Shown: piece after piece, positions 10,340 through 22,549 of the stretch | Layout of the letters: each line of letters opens with the position of its first letter | Position numbering within the stretch: the stretch's first letter is position 1 | Origin: Eledone cirrhosa | Taxonomy: Eukaryota | DNA: 64,000 nucleotides | Direction: 5' to 3' | Assembly: GCA_964016885.1 (NCBI GenBank) | Contig: OZ024743.1 | Location: 282,100,001-282,164,000 of the forward strand | Translations under genes and position numbers: made by a program | The notes under the pieces: model-generated | What the model saw: only the letters and a program-made list of their open reading frames with translations | What the model was told of the DNA's origin: nothing | Database searches by the model: none

Positions 10340-12238
10340 TCTGGTGGGCTCTTAGAAAACTAGGAGTAGATGAATGGCTTGTGAAAGCGGTACAAGCCAT
10401 GTATAGGGGAGCAGTCAGCAAAGTTAGGATTAGCAATGAGTATAGCGAGGAATTTAGCGTACAGGTTGGGGTCCACCAGGGCTCTGTTCTTAGCCCTCTC
10501 CTGTTCATCATAGTCCTGCAGGCAATAACGGAGGAGTTTAATACCGGATGCCCATGGGAACTCCTGTATGCTGATGACCTCGCACTCATAGCTGAATCTA
10601 TGGTAGAACTAGAGAATAAATTCCAAACCTGGAAGCAGGGACTAGAGAGAAAGGGCCTCAAAGTCAACATGACAAAGACTAAGGTCCTTATAAGTAGACG
10701 AGAAAACAGAACCCAGATCCCCTCAGGGAAATGGCCTTGCTCAGTATGTAGGAAAGGTGTAGGTAGGAACTCCATTCTCTGCCCCAAATGCAAACAATGG
10801 GTACACAAGAGATGTAGCGGGATCTCAGGAAGCTTAATTAAGAATGTAGGATTCACATGCAGCAGCTGTGCTGAAACAGCAAGCAAACAGCCACAGGAAA
10901 CAAGTACCACCAATCTCTGGGAGGATCCTGTAGAAACAGTAGACAGCTTCTGCTACCTAGGTGACCGAATTAGCAGCGGAGGTGGGTGCTCAGAAAGTAC
11001 AATAACTAGGGTAAGAACGGGATGGAAGAAGTTTAGGGAACTACTACCACTGCTAGCTGCAAAAGGCTTCTCCCTCAGAATGAAAGGCAGACTGTATGAT
11101 GCGTGTATCCGAACAGCGATGTTGCATGGTAGTGCGACCTGGGCGCTGAAGGTGGAAGACTTACGTAGATTAGAGAGAAACGAAGAGCACTAGAAGTTGA
11201 TGGAAACCGCGGAGTGGGGAGACCCAAGATGACTTGGGATGAGGTGATAAAAGCCGACCTTACCCAACTACACCTCTCAAAGTCAATGACACACGACCGT
11301 GACTTCTGGCGTCACGCAGTAATACAGGGTACCCGACCTCCCATGGGTACATGCTGAAGCATATAAACAATATGCCCCCCCCCCCCCCACCGCAAGGTGG
11401 TCGTGGAGGTGCCACGGCAAAAAAGCACCCAGCCCACACTGTAAAGTGGACGTGTAGGCGCCACGAAAAAGCACCCAGCACTCACTGTAAATGAGGTTGG
11501 TGTTAGGAAGGGCATCCAGCTGTAGAAATCAAGCCAGATCAGTTCCTGTATGAGCAAGGCATGGTCAGCCGACCAGACACTGCCCACAACAGGACAACCC
11601 GTCTAACCCATGCTAGCGTGGAAGAACGGACGTAAAACGGTGATGATGATGATGATGATGACTGAGCATAAGAGGAATCAAATGCTGCGTGCAGGAGAGG
11701 CGGTTACGCTGGTATGGACATGTGATGCGTATGAAGGATGACAGCTGCATAAAAAGGTGCAGAGCACTAGAAGTTGATGGAAACCGCGGAGTGGGGAGAC
11801 CCAAGATGACTTGGGATGAGGTGATAAAAGCCGACCTTACCCAACTACACCTCTCAAAGTCAATGACACACGACCATGACTTCTGGCGTCACGCAGTAAT
11901 ACAGGGTACCCGACCTCCCATGGGTACATGCTGAAGCATATAAACAATATGCCCCCACTCCCCCCACTGCAAGGTGGTCGTGGAGGTGCCACGGCAAAAA
12001 AGCACCCAGCCCACACTGTAAAGTGGATGTGTAGGCGCCACGAAAAAGCACCCAGCACTCACTGTAAATGAGGTTGGTGTTAGGAAGGGCATCCAGCTGT
12101 AGAAATCAAGCCAGATCAGTTCCTGTATGAGCAAGGCATGGTCAGCCGACCAGACACTGCCCACAACAGGACAACCCGTCTAACCCATGCTAGCGTGGAA
12201 GAACGGACGTAAAACGGTGATGATGATGATGATGATGA
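10340..12238 (+). mobile_element. RTE LINE with 172-bp internal deletion and a tandem second 3' end
   Basis: RT ORF to 11193 (QGSVLSP, YADD). First GAT tail ends at 11660; second 3' copy spans 11661-12238. Confidence 0.9.
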
Positions 12239-12885
12239 CTCTACTTTTGTCTAGTCTAAACAATAACTTTTCCAAACACCCACTTTACTTTTCTTTAAAA
12301 ATAACACCCACCTCGTTTTATGTCTGCCATATACTTGGATTTGGGGGCCTCTGTTGTATATATATATGCACTTGTGCGTACATACATGTATATACACACC
12401 TGTATGGATTTGTGTGTCTGTGTGGGTAGGTGTGAGTGTATGTACAAGGCAACCAACATAAGTCTTTTTATTTGTAAACTTTCTAAGTATTTGACTCTAA
12501 CCATAATTTTCAGTATTATCACCCCACATAAATTCCTCAATTTGTATGTGTGGATGTGTGTGTGTGGATGTATGTGTGTGTCTGTGGGGGTGGGTGTGAG
12601 TGTATGTGCAAGTCAACCAACATAAATCTTTTTATATGTAAACTTTCTAAGTATTTGACTCTAACCATAATTTTCAGTAGTACCACCCCACATAAATTCC
12701 TCAATTTAAGAATGACCTGTAGTATCGAATTTCATACAATAAACCTCAATTGAATATATATCTGACCAGGAATGCTTTTTGTGAAAATCAGTCATATGGA
12801 ACTATTGTCATCTTGCCTGATGATTTGAACTTTACAACACCACCGACCTCTTTGAGGTCAAATACCAACCCTACTAGCATCTACA

Positions 12886-12900
12886 AACTGACCAATGAGA
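12886..12900 (+). promoter_or_regulatory. Putative CCAAT box in PLE pseudo-LTR
   Basis: AACTGACCAATGAGA is identical at 24070-24084 (minus) in the diverged PLE-B pseudo-LTR, upstream of the HHR in both elements. Confidence 0.4.
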
Positions 12901-13014
12901 ATTAAAATTATTCCTGCTGACAACATTAAATTATCTCTAACAAGCTCATATGTCCCAAGGCTCTGAAACCATTTACACTACAAACACAGAGCTGGTATAT
13001 CTAAGAACCGACTA

Positions 13015-13070
13015 ACTGCCTGATGAGGTCATAGCCATTCAATGGCTATCATCGAAATATATATAGCAGT
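13015..13070 (+). ncRNA. Minimal type-I hammerhead ribozyme of PLE-A
   Basis: ACTGC CTGATGA GGTCATAGCCAT..ATGGCTATCATC GAAA TATATA TA GCAGT. Confidence 0.9.
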
Positions 13071-13116
13071 AAATAAAGAATTATGAGTTCATGCAATTGA
13101 CTTATGTTTCGTCACT

Positions 13117-13608
<492 letters not shown>

Positions 13609-14300
13609 CTTTCTTGATCGTAAACGATGATGACATCTTCTTTATTGTTGTTCCCGTCTGCCGTGGGCAGGAAGGTGGCTGTGGAGGCCGATCCTTGACT
13701 TGCAGGTCTGGGGACAGTGGAGGCAGAGGAAAAGACCGGAGTCAGACCGGCAACTCCCAGAGGTTTCCTCCACCTCTCGCCCATCGCAGCAGGGCTTTGG
13801 GAGTGCACGCTAAAGAAGAAACCTGTGCGGGAAAGGTTTATTGTGGGAGGGCCAGTGCACAGTGATGGTCCCACTCACTCGGCCGAAGAAGCCAGAATCC
13901 GGTCGTACGGAGGACCGTCACGAACAGGGACTTCCTTGGCTGCAGTGCCTTGCCATGCTCTAGTGCTCCACACCGCTTGCTGTCGCTGCTTTTGTGACCG
14001 TTGGGACGATGTTGTCCTCCTCCACTCACTCCGCCAGGTCCAGTCTTCGCATGCAGGAGCAGGCACTTCCTATCTAATTCACCGGGGGGTTTCAGACCCA
14101 TCCAGCTACCCTCAACCTGGTTCGGCCCGCCAGCCAAGGCGGTTTACCGGGGTGTGGCTGCTGTCGCATGCTACAGCTTCTTGGGGCCACAGGTGAGAGC
14201 TGAGTGTCAGGTGGGACCCAATACAGGACGAGCTGTCCTGAAAAGAGCATGGCTCGCCCTGCCTACAGAGGTACATGCCCCTCCCTGACACCCCAGGCAT
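13609..14300 (-). mobile_element. Non-autonomous bipartite RTE derivative (GC-rich 5'UTR joined to the C2H2-coding 3' end)
   Basis: Minus strand ~13650-13740 reads [21 protein letters not shown] (RTE/BovB-type C-terminal C2H2). The remainder is a GC-rich non-coding leader. TA repeats on both sides. Confidence 0.65.
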
Positions 14301-14384
14301 ATACACATACATATGTACATGTGTATATATATATATTTACACATTTTTGGATGGCCGTTGACTCTTAGGAGTTCTTCTGCCCTT

Positions 14385-14500
14385 TGCCCCAAAGCTGTCG
14401 TGTTTTTGTGTGTATGTGTGTGTGTGTGTTATCTTTTTTTGTGTCTATACGTTTTAGTAAGCAGCCAAAATTATGCTTGCTCCAACCGACGCAATTGATC
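14385..14500 (+). repeat. One unit of the internal repeat of the 6426-6905 MITE
   Basis: TTGCCCCAAAGCTGT..TAGTAAGCAGCCAAAATT..CAACCGACGCAATTGATCA matches 6715-6846. Confidence 0.8.
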
Positions 14501-14561
14501 ATATTTGTATATATATATATACAAATTATATATATATACATATATATATATATATACACAC

Positions 14562-14608
<47 letters not shown>

Positions 14609-14627
14609 GAGTTGGCGCTCTGAAATA

Positions 14628-14988
14628 GCTATATATATATGAATGTATATATAGTGTATTTTGAAATACACTGTATGCTATTATGCTATTGTTTTAGAGT
14701 AGTGACAGTCTCACTTACTTTAAATTTTCAGATCCTGATTATTACTAGAAATTCTATAAGAATCAAACATTCATGATTTTCAGCGGGCAGGTGGGGTACT
14801 TGGCTTTGATAAGTACCAATCAGTACGAAACATAGCTCTGTCAGCTTTATCTCCCCCTGTTTGCTGAAAATTTAAAATAAGTGAGACTGTCACTACTCTA
14901 AAACAATAGCATAAGGTCTTCGAAATGCTTTTAATTAAGCATACAGTGTATTACAAAATACACTATATATACATTCATATATATATAC
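14628..14988. mobile_element. Fold-back element with a hammerhead in the spacer, between (TA)n arrays
   Basis: 14628-14730 is inverted at 14864-14988, with an extra ~23 nt in the right arm. Confidence 0.8.
14777..14871 (+). ncRNA. Extended type-I hammerhead, U3-A8 core variant (core 14802-14846)
   Basis: GGCT TTGATAA GTAC CAATCA GTAC GAAA CA TAGCTC TG TC AGCT. Stem I continues as TTTTCAGCGGGCAGG / CCTGTTTGCTGAAAA with G-U pairs. Confidence 0.8.
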
Positions 14989-15029
14989 ATATATATATTC
15001 ATATACCACCAATATCCTCACACACACAC

Positions 15030-15096
<67 letters not shown>

Positions 15097-16083
15097 AACC
15101 AGTAAGACCCCGACAGCTGAGCTCAAGCCGTTTCGACGGCTAATTCTGGACTAAATGAACATTTATCCTGGTATTTAAATAGCCGATCTTCTCAAGGGGT
15201 AATTCCATATATGGTCAAAGTGATTGTCAAAAATCAGTAGTAATTCTGTGGTTGCAAATTAGTAGGGGAGATGGTGGCTAAACCTGCCAGTAGGAGAAAG
15301 AGGGGAGGGGGTGGAGTAGACCCAATCAAGCGTTGGTAGTGCCAGCTACAGCTGGGCATGAGGTCAAAGAAGATACAGGGGAGGGGGAGGGGGAGGAAGT
15401 CGGAACGGTAGGTAGAACAATGGGGGGTAAAAATAGGAAAGAAAAAATACTGAGAGTGAAGAAAAGCAAAAAAGTGTAAAGAAAAAATTAAATTCTACGA
15501 CCTAGGTGTCAGGCTATTGTTAGGCGAGAAAAAAATAAAGAAAGAAAGAAAGAAGTAAATAAATAAATAAATAAATAAATAAGGAAATAAGTAAAAGAAC
15601 TAGGTGGGACGAATTAAGCAAGGACCCTTTTAAGAGGTATAAGTACGTAAATGATACGGTGACTGGTCAACAAAAGGGGCCAAAATACTAAAGAGACTAC
15701 CACGAAATAAACAATAAAGGTTTCCATCCCGGGCCAGCAACGACCCAGTGCAGCAAAGTGAACTTGTACGACATAATAATTCTGAGTCCCGGGAAAAATA
15801 TATACTAATGCTAACTCTAAAAGATCTAAAACAAGCTACATGAAAGTTCGTACGAAATAAAGGTAGAATACGGAGAAATAAGTTCAGAATCCACCCCGCC
15901 CAGAAGAAAAGCGAAGCAAGAAATACTGAAACGAAAAAATAAGGCATAAGTGCCACTAAGAAATAAAGAGGGCACAGAGAATAGTGGGAGCGGTCGGAAA
16001 AGGGGGGCAAGTATCCGGGGTCTAAGCCAACTGCTATAAAGGGCGGAGTCCGCCAAATCTATCAAAGACTAGGGGAGGGGGGA

Positions 16084-17268
16084 GTGGGGGTACTTATAGG
16101 ATTATTCCTAATAGCCAAACTCACTGATATGTTTCCTGCATTCGGTGGTGGATTGTACCGTGATGATGGGCTCCTTACCCTTAAAGGGTACAACCCCAGT
16201 AGTACAGATCGGGTCCGGAAACAATTAATCAGATTCTTCCGCGACTGGGGATTTAAAATAACCCTACAAACGTCCCTGACCCGAGTAAACTTCCTGGACG
16301 TAACCCTCGACCTCGAAAACGACCTGTACTACCCATACAGGAAACCTAATGACAATCTGCACTACATCCACCGCCGATCAAACCATCCTAGGAACATCAC
16401 AAACAACCTGGTCAAAAACATCTCCCTCCGCATATCCCGTTTGTCAGCTAATGAGCGGATATTCGATGAACATGCGCCTTATTACAACCAGGCCCTCAAG
16501 CGGAGTGGTTTCCGGGAGGAAATATCCTACTGTCCAGATCCCATTAGCGGAACCAGCAGGAGACACCGCCGCTCACGCAATGTAACATGGTTCAATCCTC
16601 CCCACAACGCAGAGGTGACTACTCCCATCGGGAAACTATTCTTTAGGCTCATTGAAAAACACTTCCCATTACAACACCGCTACCACAACATAATTAACAA
16701 AAATACCATCAAACTCTCTTACAGCACTACACCAAACTTCGCACAAAACATTGTCTCCTCTAACAACAAAAAACTCAACCCCGATGGCAGAAATAACCTA
16801 AATAGCAGTGGAGAACCGACCAGGAGGTGTAACTGCCCGGATAGATCTATTTGCCCACTCGACAATAGATGCAGAGACCGTAATGTGATCTACCAGTGCA
16901 ACGTGAGGACGGATACCTCCAACAAAGCCTATATAGGACTTACCGCATGTGACTTCAAGACCCGGCTATACCAACATAGACATACCTTCCGAAACCCGGC
17001 CCGGCGTCACGCCACTACACTTTCGGGCCACATATGGGACCTCAAGGACAACAACATCACCTATGATCTCACTTGGAGATTACTGTCCAGAGCCAATTCT
17101 TACACGGGAGGACGCCGTCCGTGCAATTTATGCTCGGAGGAAACTTTACAAATGCTGTTTTCGACGGACCAACTCCTAAACAAGAAAGATGAACTGGTTA
17201 CTGCATGTAAACATAGATTGCGTAGGACTTACCTCGCCCTCAAACCCCATAATGACCCGGGGGGGTAG
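16084..17268 (+). CDS. PLE RT C-terminal half plus GIY-YIG endonuclease (5'-truncated, uninterrupted frame)
   Basis: GGLYRDDGL, VNFLDVTLDL, SNHP, WFNPP, CNC..CPL..C, VIY.C..YIG, FKTRLYQH and CNLCSEE. The first codons come from the inverted repeat. Confidence 0.85.
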   Translation: MGVLIGLFLIAKLTDMFPAFGGGLYRDDGLLTLKGYNPSSTDRVRKQLIRFFRDWGFKITLQTSLTRVNFLDVTLDLENDLYYPYRKPNDNLHYIHRRSNHPRNITNNLVKNISLRISRLSANERIFDEHAPYYNQALKRSGFREEISYCPDPISGTSRRHRRSRNVTWFNPPHNAEVTTPIGKLFFRLIEKHFPLQHRYHNIINKNTIKLSYSTTPNFAQNIVSSNNKKLNPDGRNNLNSSGEPTRRCNCPDRSICPLDNRCRDRNVIYQCNVRTDTSNKAYIGLTACDFKTRLYQHRHTFRNPARRHATTLSGHIWDLKDNNITYDLTWRLLSRANSYTGGRRPCNLCSEETLQMLFSTDQLLNKKDELVTACKHRLRRTYLALKPHNDPGG

Positions 17269-18366
17269 ACTAGGGCTTTAACACCCCAGTTGCCGATTTT
17301 GCAATGGGTAACCCCTGCTTGCCAAGGAAGACGTAAGATCTTCTTTGTATTCTTTTATCGCATCCTTTATTTCCTTCCCCCCTCTCTCCTTTGTCCTTCT
17401 ACCCCAGCTCTTCTCCTTTGTCGGCGTCTTTTCTCGCCCACCCGAGGCTGCCCTTTGGCCCCATGTAGCCTTAGTACCCCCACTCCCCCCTCCCCTAGTC
17501 TTTGATAGATTTGGCGGACTCCGCCCTTTATAGCAGTTGGCTTAGACCCCGGATACTTGCCCCCCTTTTCCGACCGCTCCCACTATTCTCTGTGCCCTCT
17601 TTATTTCTTAGTGGCACTTATGCCTTATTTTTTCGTTTCAGTATTTCTTGCTTCGCTTTTCTTCTGGGCGGGGTGGATTCTGAACTTATTTCTCCGTATT
17701 CTACCTTTATTTCGTACGAACTTTCATGTAGCTTGTTTTAGATCTTTTAGAGTTAGCATTAGTATATATTTTTCCCGGGACTCAGAATTATTATGTCGTA
17801 CAAGTTCACTTTGCTGCACTGGGTCGTTGCTGGCCCGGGATGGAAACCTTTATTGTTTATTTCGTGGTAGTCTCTTTAGTATTTTGGCCCCTTTTGTTGA
17901 CCAGTCACCGTATCATTTACGTACTTATACCTCTTAAAAGGGTCCTTGCTTAATTCGTCCCACCTAGTTCTTTTACTTATTTCCTTATTTATTTATTTAT
18001 TTATTTATTTACTTCTTTCTTTCTTTCTTTATTTTTTTCTCGCCTAACAATAGCCTGACACCTAGGTCGTAGAATTTAATTTTTTCTTTACACTTTTTTG
18101 CTTTTCTTCACTCTCAGTATTTTTTCTTTCCTATTTTTACCCCCCATTGTTCTACCTACCGTTCCGACTTCCTCCCCCTCCCCCTCCCCTGTATCTTCTT
18201 TGACCTCATGCCCAGCTGTAGCTGGCACTACCAACGCTTGATTGGGTCTACTCCACCCCCTCCCCTCTTTCTCCTACTGGCAGGTTTAGCCACCATCTCC
18301 CCTACTAATTTGCAACCACAGAATTACTACTGATTTTTGACAATCACTTTGACCATATATGGAATT

Positions 18367-18460
18367 ACCCCTTGAGAAGATCGGCTATTTAAATACCAGG
18401 ATAAATGTTCATTTAGTCCAGAATTAGCCGTCGAAACGGCTTGAGCTCAGCTGTCGGGGT
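18367..18460 (+). ncRNA. Type-I hammerhead of PLE-C, U3-A8 core variant (inverted copy at 15107-15200, minus strand)
   Basis: ACCCC TTGAGAA GATCGGCTA[loop]TAGCCGTC GAAA CGGCT TGAGCTC AGCTG TC GGGGT. Confidence 0.85.
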
Positions 18461-18551
18461 CTTACTGGTTCCTATTACCCACTCTACTACCTCAAGTATT
18501 GAGTACTTTGGTGCGTTATGGTCCACCTGGTTCCTTACCACATTTCCTTCG

Positions 18552-18585
<34 letters not shown>

Positions 18586-18588
<3 letters not shown>

Positions 18589-19853
18589 GATCAGGTTATG
18601 AAAGTGGCAGAGAGAATATTAGCACAACTGATTAGAGAAAGGGTCAAATTAGATGAGATGCAGTTTGGTTTTGTGCCTGAGAAAAGTACAACAGATGCAC
18701 TCTTCTTAGTGAGACAACCACAAGAGAGGTTCTTAGAGAAGAATAAGTCACTATACTTAGCTTTTGTTGACCAAGAGAAGGCCTTTGATAGGGTACCCCG
18801 ATCTGTCATCTGGTGGTCCCTAAGGAAACTAGGTGTAGAGGAATGGCTTGTGGGGACAGTGCAAGCTATGTACAGAGGTGGTGTCAGTAAAGTGAGGGTA
18901 GGAATCGAGTTTAGTGAGAAATTCCAGATACAAGTAGGTGTACATCAGGGTTCGGTCCTCGGCCACTCTTGTTCATTATAGTCCTCCAAGCCATAATAGA
19001 GGAGTTTAAGATTGGCTGCCCATGGGAACTTCTCTATACTGACGATCTGGTTCTTATAGCAGAATCAGTAGAGGAGCTAGAGAATAAATTTTGGCTATGG
19101 AAACAGCAGTTGGAATTAAGAGGACTGAGAGTGAACCTAGCTAAGACAAAAGTGTTGATAAGTAGAAAAGAGGACAAATCTCTGATTCCATCAGGGAAAT
19201 GGCCATGTTCAATAGGAAGAAAAGGAACTGGCATAAATTCTATAAAATGTACGCAATGCAGATCTTGGGTACACAAGAGATGTAGTGGGATAGCAGGCAA
19301 ACTAACAGGTAGGGAGAAATATGTATGCAGTAGATGTACAGGGGAAGTTGATAGACACATCTTTCAAATGCAGGTGGGTTCTATAGAAGTGGTTGATAAC
19401 TTCCGGTACCTAGGTGATCAGATTAGCATGAGAGGGGTGTATTCCGTGGCCATAGTATCTAGAATAAGGACGGGTTGGAAGAAGTTTAGGGAGCTGCTTC
19501 CTCTGTTGACAAAGATGGGTTTCTCCCTGCGTCCGAAAGGCCGGTTACATGATGCCTGTGTGAGATGCACGATGCTGCATGGTAGTGAGACATGGGCAGC
19601 AACTACAGAGGATATGCGACGGCTGGAGAGAAATGAAGCAAGCATGCCCCGTTGGATGTGCAATGTCAATGAGCGTGAACGACCAAGCATAGATGAGTTG
19701 AGAGAGAAAATGGGTATAAGAGGGATAAGTTGTGGTGTGCAGGAGAGGAGACTGATATGATATGGACTTGTGATGCACATGGAAAGATGACCGCTGAGTA
19801 AAGAAGTGCCAAGAAATCCCAGTAGAAGGAAGACGCAGTAGAGGAAGACCAGA
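18586..19853 (+). mobile_element. Decayed RTE LINE (subfamily also at 44763 and 51765)
   Basis: RT ORF pieces 18499-18981 and 18969-19760 with a frameshift. 3' end is lost. Confidence 0.88.
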
Positions 19854-20241
19854 TTTGCATATCAGCAGATTGGCCAGTTTCCTTTTTTATTTGAATTTGG
19901 CAAAGCCAGCCATTTATCGCTCTTATACAGGAAATTGACTGGCCAGTCTGCTGATGTGCAAATCTGGCTGATCAGTGGATCTGCTAATATGCAGATCAGG
20001 TCGATCAGTCACTGTGTATTTTTGAAAATAGCATATATTTCACTAGCTCTGACAGTTTGGCAGGTGAACAGTGAGCTGGACTGAAGAAGGGTGATACCCA
20101 GAAACATTAGTGGCTGCAGTTCTGTTCACATGCCAACACTAGAGCAATAATGAAGGGTTCATTCTACTGACATGGCTATAAAATTGAGGCTTGTTTTCAT
20201 AATTGCAAACGACTCAAATGTTATTATTAATATTTGAAAAT

Positions 20242-20420
20242 AGCGGTGGATTGGCAGTAGAGGGTCGGACGCCATGCTTTGCAGCACAGTTACGTCCCTT
20301 TATGGTCTGAGTTCAAATCCCGCCGAGGTTAACGTTGCCTTTCATCCTTACGGGGTCGATAAAATAAAGTACCAGTAATACACTGGGATAATTGCTGGCC
20401 TTGTGTCAAAACTAGAAGTA
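20242..20420 (+). mobile_element. tRNA-derived Meta/MESC-like SINE with ~18-bp TSD
   Basis: B-box GAGTTCAAATCC plus core. Flanked by ATTATTAATATT(T/C)GAAAA. The empty site is visible in the second tandem unit (~20860-20878). Confidence 0.85.
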
Positions 20421-20700
20421 ATTATTAATATTCGAAAAACTCAGATTACATTTATTGTATTCAGCCATGTCGAGGGAAAATTGTCTTTTTTATTTGAATT
20501 TGGCAAAGCCGGCCATTTATCGCTCATATACAGGTAACTGACTGGCCAGTCTGCTGATATGCAAGTCTGGCTGAGCAGTGGATCTGCTAATATGCAGATC
20601 TGACTGATCAGCCAGTCTGCTAATGTGCAAATCAGGCTGATCAGTCACTGTGTATTTTTGAAAAGAGCATATATTTTCACTAGCTCTGACAGTTTGGCAG

Positions 20701-20766
20701 GTGAACAGTGAGCTGTACTGATGAAGGGTGATACCCAGAAACATTAGTGTCTGAAGTTATGTTCAC
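20701..20766 (+). ncRNA. Type-I hammerhead (sister copy 20064-20129 has GGC at the cleavage triplet)
   Basis: GTGAACA..GAGCTGTA CTGATGA AGGGTGATACCCA GAAA CATTAGTG TC TG(A/C)AGTT..TGTTCAC. The first stem II pair is an A-A mismatch. Confidence 0.7.
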
Positions 20767-20893
20767 ATGCCAACACAAGAGCAAGAATGAAGGGTTCATT
20801 CTACTGACATGGCTATAAAATTGAGGCTTTTTGCATAATTGCAAACGAATCGAATGTTATTATTATTATTCGAAAAACTCAGATTACATTTAT

Positions 20894-21406
<513 letters not shown>

Positions 21407-21456
21407 GAAAAGTGAAGAATAACATGGTCAACAGTACAAACAAGGAGATTTATTTA

Positions 21457-21565
21457 CAGTCTAACAATTGTTTCCATGATAGAATTGTCTAGAAATTTCT
21501 AAACACTGAAGACAGCATAATTCAATTTAAAATACATGTAACCTCCATCATTTCATCAGAAACTG
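21457..21565 (-). ncRNA. Type-I hammerhead of PLE-D
   Basis: Minus strand: CAGTTT CTGATGA AATGATGGA[loop]TCTATCATG GAAA CAATTG TT AGACTG. Confidence 0.75.
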
Positions 21566-22354
21566 ATAAGAAATACAAAATACATGCGTAACGGTAAACT
21601 TAAAAATTCAAATTACTACATCAATAATAGTATTAATGATAAAGAAATAAAGGAAGGGGACAGATGGAAAGGAGGGGGGGGGGGAAGAACGACGAAAGAG
21701 AGAGCGAAGATATAGTTAAATGTATAACCGGCAAAGTTACGAAATCAAACTATCACATCAAAATAAATATAATATTAATAATAAAGATACAGATAGAAAG
21801 AAAGAAGGGAGGGGGGTGTAGTAAAGGCAGAGAAGAAGGATAAATAAGGAAAAGGAGAAAGAGATAGAGGAAGATTGAGAAGGAGGAAGGAAGCAGGGAA
21901 GGATAATAATTATTGATGAATACGGGATAGGAAGGAGAGAAAAATGAAGATAAACAGATGGACAAATATACATTACTGCAGGGATGAAAGCAAATAAGAG
22001 ATAGAGATTTAAGCAAAGGGATAAATAAATAAATAAATAAATAAATAAATGCATAAATAAAAGAATAGATAAATAAATAAATAAAAAGATAAATAGATAG
22101 ATGAATAAATAAACAATTTACATCTATTGTTATATAAAATAGTATAATATGTGAAACGTAGAGACGAGAATAAATAAATAAATAATAAATAAATAAATAA
22201 ATAATTGGATATTTGAATAAGTAAATTAGCTAGTTTGAGATGTATTACATGATAGGATAAAAGGATCGAGATGAAATAGGTTTAAGTGGAGAAATGCAAA
22301 GACAAATGGTGAAAGATGTAGGTGTATAAGATAATAAATGATGTAAATACAAAT

Positions 22355-22549
22355 AAAATAAAAATAATTGTTTCTACTTTTGGCACAAGGCCAGCAATTA
22401 CCCAGTACATTACTGGTACTTTATTTTATCGACCCCATAAGGATGAAAGGCAAAGTTAACCTTGGCAGGATTTGAACTCAGACCGTAAAGGGACGTAACT
22501 ATGCTGGAAAGCATGGCGTCCGACTCTCTACTGATACTGCCAATCCAAT
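22355..22549 (-). mobile_element. Meta/MESC-like SINE with 18-bp TSD
   Basis: Same core as the 20242 copy. AATGATGTAAATACAAAT at 22337-22354 and 22550-22567. Confidence 0.85.

Larger units (their letters stand above)
7052..13116 (+). mobile_element. Full-length Penelope-like element PLE-A (Naiad-type), pseudo-LTR interrupted by RTE at 10340-12238
   Basis: ORF 7205-9828, hammerhead at 13015-13070, and a 14-nt terminal overlap TATGTTTCGTCACT at 7052-7065 and 13103-13116. Confidence 0.85.
15092..18552 (+). mobile_element. Young 5'-truncated PLE-C with a 1003-bp inverted pseudo-LTR at its 5' end
   Basis: 15092-16094 is the reverse complement of 17473-18475 with no indels. ORF 16084-17268. About 77-nt 3' extension. 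(TA)n on both sides. Confidence 0.92.

Noticed and set aside
17502-17937. Hydrophobic ORFs duplicated at 15630-16065
   Set aside because: T-rich pseudo-LTR sequence. The duplication simply reflects the inverted repeat, and there is no recognisable domain.
20242-20330. tRNA gene
   Set aside because: Only A/B-box remnants followed by a SINE core and TSD. No cloverleaf.
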